Of a DNA stretch of 64,000 nt, positions 39,465 through 46,443 are shown one piece after another (within the stretch, counting starts at the first letter, position 1; each line of letters starts with the position of its first letter). The notes beneath the pieces are model-generated. The model was not told the DNA's origin, made no database searches, and saw only the letters and a list, made by a program, of their open reading frames with translations. Source of the DNA: Sedimentisphaerales bacterium (lineage in GTDB: Bacteria > Planctomycetota > Phycisphaerae > Sedimentisphaerales > SM23-30). The stretch lies in assembly GCA_963666285.1 (NCBI GenBank), contig OY762711.1; one strand, given 5' to 3'. The position numbers and the translations under genes were made by a program.

Positions 39465-40310
39465 TTATTTTAGTAATATATCGCCGAAACTGGTGGCGGC
39501 TACGATATTACCAGAACCGTTACCGATTTTCCCTTTCATGTTTTCTTTATTGATAGAACCAGATATGGTAACGGGTTTGTCGCATGTGACTTTGCCGAAA
39601 GAAGTTGACAGTTTTACATTTCCGGCATAATTATCCAGATTGCATATCTTGATATTGCCGTAAGATGTATTCAAATTGCAGTTGAAGTCTTCCGGGAGGT
39701 CGGATCCTGAGAAGTTGATACCGCCAAAAGATGTATTTACTTTTGCTGTCTTGCAGTGATGGTTTTCAACATTGACAGTACCGTATGAGGTGTTCAGGTC
39801 AGGGTTACCTTTACAGTTTTTGACTGATATGTCACCGAAACTTGTATCAGCTTTAACAGGTTTATTGATATTTTCAATAGAAACTTTACCAAAAGAAGTG
39901 TTAAGGTCGAGAGTAGTGCCAGTAGCGAGAGTTACAATGAAGCCGGCTCCGATAGTTTCATTATGTTCTTTTGAGATATTGCATTTTGGTTTAGCGATGA
40001 TTTTGTCACCGCTGATTTCTATGATAATCTCGGTATTATCTGCCAGTTCCCGGGCTCTTTCCTTAGTTTTTGCCCTTGCGATGATTTTGCCGGAGATTTC
40101 GCACTTATCAGTATCGCTACCGGTGATTTTAATATCTCCGAACTGGGTGTCGCAGGCAAATGTTTTGCCGGAGGTGTTTTCAGCGGTCATTTCAAACGGT
40201 TTTTTTACCTCTTCTTTACATGAATCGCTGCATCCGTTGATATAAATGCAGCCGCCCATTGATATAGAGACGAGAATAAGCAACAGGGAAATCTTAATAA
40301 GTTTGAACAT
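39465..40310 (-). CDS. DUF4097-like beta-strand-repeat lipoprotein
   Basis: AGGAG RBS; lipobox MGG-C21; repeated T(S/Q)(F/Y)G.(I/V) motifs. Confidence 0.85.
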   Translation of the reverse strand: MFKLIKISLLLILVSISMGGCIYINGCSDSCKEEVKKPFEMTAENTSGKTFACDTQFGDIKITGSDTDKCEISGKIIARAKTKERARELADNTEIIIEISGDKIIAKPKCNISKEHNETIGAGFIVTLATGTTLDLNTSFGKVSIENINKPVKADTSFGDISVKNCKGNPDLNTSYGTVNVENHHCKTAKVNTSFGGINFSGSDLPEDFNCNLNTSYGNIKICNLDNYAGNVKLSTSFGKVTCDKPVTISGSINKENMKGKIGNGSGNIVAATSFGDILLK

Positions 40311-40367
40311 GGTTTGACTCCTATTCCAAAAAAGTTTTATAAACTATATATTCCACACAACAATACA

Positions 40368-40393
40368 GTCGAACAGATAGAAAAAAAATATCA
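40368..40393 (-). promoter_or_regulatory. ECF-sigma-type promoter motif upstream of the DUF4097-like gene
   Basis: Minus strand TGATAT-N16-CGAC. Confidence 0.55.
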
Positions 40394-40497
40394 TAATATT
40401 TTGGTAATTTATCTGGTACGATTTATGCTTCGCATCTTATACAAGGCGTACTTTTGACTGTTCAGCGTTAACCGCAAAGGTCAGAACAGGGCCAACT

Positions 40498-40580
40498 AAG
40501 TGAAAAACGAATAATGAAAAGTGAAAAATTAACATTAAGGTGTTCAACTATCGTCTCACGCTTTGTTTAAAACATAAGCG
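40498..40580 (+). repeat. Heptamer-led REP-like element
   Basis: aagtgaa/aaacgaa/taatgaa/aagtgaa, then attaaggtgttc-aac-tatc-gtc-tca...tttgtttaaaac. Confidence 0.6.
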
Positions 40581-40652
40581 TGGCAGGAAGGCCCTTTTAG
40601 GCGTTTATTGCAACTTGAAAAGTGCGAAAGTAAACTATCTGATATATTGAAT

Positions 40653-40736
40653 CTATCCAATATAAATGCAACCGCCCATAGCAAGAAGGGTAGTTACTGC
40701 AGCAATCGCGAGGAAAAGCAATTTTGATAATTTCAT
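40653..40736 (-). CDS. 27-aa micro-lipoprotein MKLSKLLFLAIAAVTTLLAMGG-CIYIG
   Basis: AGGAG RBS 6 nt before ATG; basic n-region, hydrophobic h-region, lipobox Cys23, TAG stop; below the ORF-track cutoff. Confidence 0.7.
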   Translation of the reverse strand: MKLSKLLFLAIAAVTTLLAMGGCIYIG

Positions 40737-40780
40737 AATAAGCTCCTGATAAAAAAAGGTTAAATGATTCTTAAGGTTCA

Positions 40781-40823
40781 TAATACCTCTCAAACTGACC
40801 GATGGCCAGTTTGAGAGGTATTA
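40781..40823. other. Perfect 17-bp stem-loop between the two small ORFs
   Basis: taatacctctcaaactg-accgatggc-cagtttgagaggtatta. Confidence 0.8.
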
Positions 40824-40955
40824 GGTATTAGTTATTTGGTATTAGGTAAGGTTTGCCGCAAAGCGGCAGGCTAATTAAATCATTAATGTAACAATTTGCA
40901 TTGAATTATGTTACCACAATAAAAAATGTAAAATCGGTCACTTTGAGTAATTAAT

Positions 40956-41039
40956 TTAACTGATATGAATACATCCACTTGAAGCGAGCGATAAAACAAC
41001 AAACAGTAATGCCAGGAAAAGTTTTTTAATTGTATTCAT
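40956..41039 (-). CDS. 27-aa micro-lipoprotein MNTIKKLFLALLFVVLSLASSG-CIHIS
   Basis: GGAG RBS 7 nt before ATG; lipoprotein signal with Cys23, TAA stop. Confidence 0.7.
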   Translation of the reverse strand: MNTIKKLFLALLFVVLSLASSGCIHIS

Positions 41040-41102
41040 GGTAAATCTCCATAAGTAAATAACATACATAATTACACGTCAAGGGTAGATTATAATATAT
41101 TT

Positions 41103-41128
41103 GACGTGTTTGATAGGAAAAAGTTACA
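41103..41128 (-). promoter_or_regulatory. ECF-sigma-type promoter
   Basis: Minus strand TGTAAC-N16-CGTC, 63 nt upstream of the ATG at 41039. Confidence 0.7.
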
Positions 41129-41418
41129 AAAATAATTATTTTTTTGCAAAAAAGTGATGATTACTTAGGTTTTTAGTTCAAATAAGAAACTAAGTAATAT
41201 GCGAATTCTGTTTGGGTATACTTTATTTTTCAATTATTTGTAAATTGGAACTCTGGTGAGATTATGTAGAAAAACAATTGTTTCCCGTACTTTATTGCGT
41301 TGCAGAAAGAATGTTATTCCTTATAATGTAAAGTGTTAAATCTAATGGCAATTTCAGAGGTAATCAAAAGTTTTTGATCATTGATAAAAGTAATAATTTG
41401 TGAAAGAGTTGATTCCTA

Positions 41419-42786
41419 ATGAAAAAGATAACAATTTCTTTACTATTGTTTGTGATTGGTACGGTTTTGAATGCAGCCGGAGGTTCCAAGCCGAATGTTA
41501 TATATATCCTGGCTGATGATCTGGGCTATGGCGATTTGAGCTGCTATGGCCAGACCAAGCTTCAGACGCCTAATATCGACCGCCTGGCTGATGAAGGTAT
41601 GAAGTTTACCGCCCATTATTCCGGTAATACAGTATGTTCGCCGTCACGTGCGGTGTTAATGACAGGTATGCATGCCGGACATTGCCATGTTCGCGGGAAT
41701 ATTGGAGAGGCGGGATGTGCCCTTGACCCTGATATGGCGGTGCTGGCAGAGTTGTATAAGCAGGCGGGCTATGCGACCGGAGCATACGGCAAATGGGGGC
41801 TGGGCGTAACCTGTGCCGGCGGCAATCAAAGTCCGTTGAAGCATGGTTTTGATGAGTATGCCGGGTGGAAGAGCCAGAGTATTGCACATACCTACTATCC
41901 GTCAAGTATAATAGTAAACGATCAGGAGATACCATTAGCTGAGGGGACATATATTCACGATATACTAATGAATATGGTTTATAATTTTATCGAGAGAAAT
42001 GCCAAGGCAGAAAAGCCGTTTTTCTGTTATGTGCCGACGGCGATACCTCATGCGGCGATGCATGCCCCTAAAGAATTGCATGAGAAATGGCGAAAGGTGT
42101 TTCCGCAGTTTGATAATAGGATAGGTCGGTATGGAACAGGCAGAAATGATGAGAAATGTGCTGATGTTGTTAATCCGATAGCGGGTTTTGCGGCGATGAT
42201 AGAGCATCTGGATGATAATGTCGGTCATATACTGAACATGCTAGAGGAGCTGGGAATCGATGATAATACAATTGTGATGTTTGCCAGTGATAACGGAGCG
42301 CATGCCGAGGGCGGTCATGATATGCGGTTCTGGAACTCAACCGGCGGCCTGCGTGGTATGAAGCGTGATATGCATGAAGGCGGTATCAGGAGCCCGTTTT
42401 TGGCACGCTGGCCGGGAGTTGTTGCCGAGGGCAGTATTAGCGATCATATAAGTGCGTTCTGGGATGTAATGGCAACCTCGGCTGATCTGCTGGGAGTGGC
42501 GGTTCCTGGGCAATGTGATGGGATATCGTTTCTACCTACTCTGACGGGGCATCCAGAAAAGCAGAAGCAGCATGAATACCTGTACTGGGAGTTTCATAAG
42601 GGCCGGAATCTGTTTTCGCGTGCATTGCGGATGGGAAAATGGAAGGTGTACCTGGAAGAAGGCAAACCGATAGAGCTGTTTGACCTGGAGAATGATCCCT
42701 ATGAAAAGAATGATATTGCTGCCGATAATCCTGAAGTGGTGAAAAAGGCTGAGAAGTATATGAAAGAGGCGAGTAAACCAATTTAA
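41419..42786 (+). CDS. Arylsulfatase (formylglycine-dependent S1 sulfatase)
   Basis: Signal peptide, KPNVIYILADDLGYGD, CSPSRAVLMTG, GKWGLG, SDNG. Confidence 0.95.
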   Translation: MKKITISLLLFVIGTVLNAAGGSKPNVIYILADDLGYGDLSCYGQTKLQTPNIDRLADEGMKFTAHYSGNTVCSPSRAVLMTGMHAGHCHVRGNIGEAGCALDPDMAVLAELYKQAGYATGAYGKWGLGVTCAGGNQSPLKHGFDEYAGWKSQSIAHTYYPSSIIVNDQEIPLAEGTYIHDILMNMVYNFIERNAKAEKPFFCYVPTAIPHAAMHAPKELHEKWRKVFPQFDNRIGRYGTGRNDEKCADVVNPIAGFAAMIEHLDDNVGHILNMLEELGIDDNTIVMFASDNGAHAEGGHDMRFWNSTGGLRGMKRDMHEGGIRSPFLARWPGVVAEGSISDHISAFWDVMATSADLLGVAVPGQCDGISFLPTLTGHPEKQKQHEYLYWEFHKGRNLFSRALRMGKWKVYLEEGKPIELFDLENDPYEKNDIAADNPEVVKKAEKYMKEASKPI

Positions 42787-42871
42787 GTGAAAAACTTAAA
42801 ATTAAAAGTTAAAAATTCCGGCGTTCGGCTATCGCCTCACAATTTTGTTTAAAGCTAACGCAGATCGTTAG
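42785..42871 (+). repeat. Heptamer-led REP-like element
   Basis: aagtgaa/aaactta/aaattaa/aagttaa, then aattccggcgttc-ggc-tatc-gcc-tca...ttgtttaaagctaacgc. Confidence 0.6.
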
Positions 42872-42917
42872 TTCTTTTTTGGTTGATTGTATTTGTAGTT
42901 TTAGAAAAGACTCGTTA

Positions 42918-43979
42918 ATGGACGTATTGATATTTAATATAGTATTTTTGGCGGTAGTTGCAGGTGGAGTGCGGTTCTGGTGGGTAAGTCAGAAGGAGCA
43001 GCATAACTTTCATCATACGCTGGGAATAGCGATGCTGATCTTTATGCTGGGTTTTTTCCTGGCGATGGCGGCTCCGGTCGGGCTGTTTTATAAGATGCAG
43101 CTGCTGACATGGGTGATGTTTCTGCATATTCCGTTGTTTTTTGCGGTGGTGTCGCTGTCGCTAATCAGGCGAAAGTGCAAGTGGACGCTGGTTGTGCTGG
43201 GTATTTCGCTGGTGATAATAGCGGTTGGCGTTGATGCGGTATTGGTCGAGCCGAACTGGCTGGAGGTAACGCATTATGAGATCCGTTCGGATAAGATAAC
43301 CGAGCCGGTGCGGGTGGTGGTAATTGCCGATATCCAGACTGATACGGTTGGAGATTTTGAAGAGAATATCTTGCGGCTGGTAAAGGAGGCGGAGCCGGAT
43401 CTGATACTGTTTGCCGGAGATTATCTGCAATTAGAAGACCTGGATCTGTACCGGCAGGAGAGTGAAAAGTTCCGGGAGCAGCTTTTGCAGGCAGGTTTGA
43501 AGCCAAAGCTGGGTATGTATGCGGTGCAGGGAAATCACGAGCATGGCAGGCCGTGGAAAGGTATGTTTGAGGGTACCGGCGTAGAGCTGCGGGCGTATAC
43601 GGATACGATAGATCTGGGAGAGGTTAGTCTGACGTGTCTGAAATTTGAGGATTCCTTTCACCGGGACCTGGAAGTAGAGAGTCAGCGTGATTTTCATATT
43701 GTGCTTGGCCATTCGCCGGATTTCAGCATGGGCGGTATTGGCGCCGATCTGCTGGTTGCCGGGCATACACACGGCGGGCAGGTGCAGCTGCCGTTTGTGG
43801 GGCCGCTGGTGACGTTTTCGCAGGTTCCGAGGGGTTGGGCATCCGGATTTACCGAGATTATGCCGGGAAAATACCTGCTGGTCTCACGCGGGCTGGGTGT
43901 GGAGCATAACGGGGCGCCCAAGATACGCTTTTTCTGTCGGCCGGAACTGGCAATTATTGACCTAGCTTGCGCTAGATAG
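42918..43979 (+). CDS. Membrane-anchored metallophosphoesterase (YkuE-like)
   Basis: N-terminal TM helices; ADIQ, GDY, GNHE, HSPD, GHTHGGQ motifs; ATG at 42918 preferred over TTG at 42879. Confidence 0.9.
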   Translation: MDVLIFNIVFLAVVAGGVRFWWVSQKEQHNFHHTLGIAMLIFMLGFFLAMAAPVGLFYKMQLLTWVMFLHIPLFFAVVSLSLIRRKCKWTLVVLGISLVIIAVGVDAVLVEPNWLEVTHYEIRSDKITEPVRVVVIADIQTDTVGDFEENILRLVKEAEPDLILFAGDYLQLEDLDLYRQESEKFREQLLQAGLKPKLGMYAVQGNHEHGRPWKGMFEGTGVELRAYTDTIDLGEVSLTCLKFEDSFHRDLEVESQRDFHIVLGHSPDFSMGGIGADLLVAGHTHGGQVQLPFVGPLVTFSQVPRGWASGFTEIMPGKYLLVSRGLGVEHNGAPKIRFFCRPELAIIDLACAR

Positions 43980-44112
43980 TAGAACAGGAGATCAGTAGAG
44001 CAGAAGAAAAACATGGAAATATTTCTTGAGAGAATGTTTAAGTTTTGTTAGAATTGTAAGTGCTGTTAGAGGCTAATCTTAAATTAGTCATTTTCGGCAA
44101 ATTGCAGTGAAT

Positions 44113-44186
44113 CGGGGCGTAGCTCAGCTTGGTAGAGCGCTGCGTTCGGGACGTAGAGGCCGCTGGTTCAAATCCAGTCGCCCCGA
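44113..44186 (+). tRNA. tRNA-Pro (anticodon CGG); CCA not encoded
   Basis: cggggcg/cgccccg acceptor stem, D-loop agcttggta, anticodon arm ctgcg-ttCGGga-cgtag, T-loop ggttcaaatcc. Confidence 0.97.
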
Positions 44187-44406
44187 GTTTGGGCTGTTCG
44201 ACATGCTTCTGTTGGACAGCTTTCTTTTTATGGTACAAAAACTCACATAACTAACTATTCTGTTTGGTTTTGGGTTAAACCGAGTCAGAAATATGACCGA
44301 TAAACCGAATAGAACGCTTATTCCGTTTTTGTTGGGATTAAATTCTGTTCGTAAAAGGGATGAGTGAGGAAAAGAAACGTTAATATGTAAAAAAGGAAAA
44401 AGGTTG

Positions 44407-46092
44407 ATGTACAAATTGTATGTTTTGATTTGTTTATTATTAGCAAGCGTATGTTTTGGAAGTGAAATCAATGTGCCGGGGGATTATTCGACCATTCAGG
44501 CGGCGATTGACGCAGCCGGCTCGGGTGATACCGTGAGCGTTGCCGCCGGGAGGTATGTCGAAAATATCACGATTATGGAAGGCATTGCCGTGATCGGGGC
44601 GGGGTCGGATGTCTGCACCATTGACGGCGGCGCTGCCGGTTCGGTTGTGGTCTGTTCAGATTGTTCGAGCGAAACGCGGCTTGTAGGCTTTACGATCACG
44701 AATGGCACTGTAAAAAATGGCGGCGGCATGTACAACAGCAATTCCACGGTTGCGGTTGCCGACTGCGTTTTCGAATCTAATACCGGCACCTACGGCGGCA
44801 TAGTACTGAATGACAGTTCCACGATCACCTTCACCGGCTGTACCTTCAGCGGCAATACTGCTACCACCGGCGGGATGTTAAATCGAAACGCCTCTGACGT
44901 GACTCTTTTAAATTGTACCTTTACCGAAAACACGTCAGAAAATAACGGCGGCGCGATGCGCAACACGAGCAGCTCAACGGTGACCATCACCGGGTGCAGT
45001 TTTACTGACAACACCGCGACCAACACGAATGCCGGCGGCATCTATTGCGAAAGCGGAACCACGGTTACCGTCACGGATTGCACGCTATCTCGAAATTTCC
45101 CGCAACACATCACCGGTGATTACACCGACGGCGGGGGTAATTCCGTCGATTACTGTGTTGATAGCGATACTGACAATTCAGCTCATTATAGAATTATCCA
45201 GGCCGCCATCGATGCGGCGGAGGACGGCGATATCGTGACGGTCATGCCGGGTACGTATGTCGAGAATCTCGATATGTCCGGCAAGGCGATTACCCTGCAA
45301 AGCAGCGACCCGACCGATGCGGAGGTGATTACGACAACGATTCTTGACGGCAACGCTTCCGGTTCGGTGATCAAATGCATTTCGGTTGAAGGTGCCGATA
45401 CCGTTATTACCGGTTTTGTGATCACCAATGGGACAGGAACAGTTGGGGATCGTGATTGTACCTACGGCGGCGGGATCTTCAATCGCTACGGTTCTTCACC
45501 AACGATCAGCAACTGTACCTTCAGCGGCAATATATCCGACTACGGCGGCGGGATCTTCAATCGGAATTCTTCTCTGACCTTGACGAACTGCACCTTCAGC
45601 GGCAATATATCCGACTACGGCGGCGGGATGTGTAATTTCGAATCTTCACCGACGGTCAGCAACTGTACGTTCTGGGACAATACCGCAACCGAAGGCGGCG
45701 GGATGTGTAACCTGGACTGTTCGTCTGTGAAGGTCAGCAACTGTACTTTCAGCGGCAATACCGCAACCGGTGGCGGCGGGATGTATAACCTGGACTGTTC
45801 GTCTGTGAAGGTCAGCAACTGTACTTTCAGCGGCAATACGGCAGATGGGACCGGCGGCGGGGTCTATAATACGTCGGGGTCTTCCCTGCAGATGACAGAC
45901 AACTCTTTCTGTCTTAATTCACCGAATGGGATTTCTGGCAACTACACTGATAACGGCGGAAATGGTTTCGGTTTCTGTGTGAGCCCGGCGATTTCTACGA
46001 TGACCATTACCGGCGACCTCGACGGTGACGGCGATGTGGACCTGATCGACTTTGCGGCGTTTGCGGAGAATTGGCTGATGGTTTCAGAATAG
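44407..46092 (+). CDS. Secreted right-handed beta-helix (pectin-lyase-like/Pmp-type repeat) protein with C-terminal dockerin-like motif
   Basis: VPGDYSTIQAAIDAA (twice), GGG.x.N...NCTF.GN repeats, GDLDGDGDVDLIDFAAFAENWL. Confidence 0.88.
   Translation: MYKLYVLICLLLASVCFGSEINVPGDYSTIQAAIDAAGSGDTVSVAAGRYVENITIMEGIAVIGAGSDVCTIDGGAAGSVVVCSDCSSETRLVGFTITNGTVKNGGGMYNSNSTVAVADCVFESNTGTYGGIVLNDSSTITFTGCTFSGNTATTGGMLNRNASDVTLLNCTFTENTSENNGGAMRNTSSSTVTITGCSFTDNTATNTNAGGIYCESGTTVTVTDCTLSRNFPQHITGDYTDGGGNSVDYCVDSDTDNSAHYRIIQAAIDAAEDGDIVTVMPGTYVENLDMSGKAITLQSSDPTDAEVITTTILDGNASGSVIKCISVEGADTVITGFVITNGTGTVGDRDCTYGGGIFNRYGSSPTISNCTFSGNISDYGGGIFNRNSSLTLTNCTFSGNISDYGGGMCNFESSPTVSNCTFWDNTATEGGGMCNLDCSSVKVSNCTFSGNTATGGGGMYNLDCSSVKVSNCTFSGNTADGTGGGVYNTSGSSLQMTDNSFCLNSPNGISGNYTDNGGNGFGFCVSPAISTMTITGDLDGDGDVDLIDFAAFAENWLMVSE
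45460..45840 (+). repeat. Intragenic 69-72-bp tandem repeats
   Basis: ggcggcgggat...aactgtac.ttcagcggcaata units; the last two are nearly identical. Confidence 0.85.
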
Positions 46093-46301
46093 ACCGGCAG
46101 CGAGAATTATCCGACTATTTTTATAAATTCTTGCAATGAATGGAGTTGAAAGTTATGCCGAAGGCCCATTTTCAGGAAAGCATCAAGCAATGGTTCAAAC
46201 GAAGGACATTTGCCACGAAATTTTCAGCTAAGCTGAAAATTTAGAGCAGTTGGGTAGCAGGACAAATAGTTTTGAGTTTTCTAGATACCCTTTATCATTT
46301 C

Positions 46302-46330
46302 TTGACAATTTTCAAACATTGTAGTATAAA
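46302..46330 (+). promoter_or_regulatory. sigma70 promoter of the HZS-like gene pair
   Basis: TTGACA-N17-TATAAA. Confidence 0.65.
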
Positions 46331-46443
46331 ATATATACACAATTTGAAAGAAAGTATTTCCCAATACCACACTTGTAATATTCATATTTTTCATGTTTTT
46401 TAATATTGTTCTAAGTCTGGTATTTATAGAAGGTTAAGGTTAA

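Noticed and set aside
30437..45840. Diversity-generating retroelement (TR/VR) among intragenic repeats
   Set aside because: Differences are not adenine-specific and no reverse transcriptase is present
46191..46199. tggttcaaa as an attR duplicate of the tRNA-Pro 3' end
   Set aside because: Only 9 bp, does not extend to the acceptor stem, no integrase
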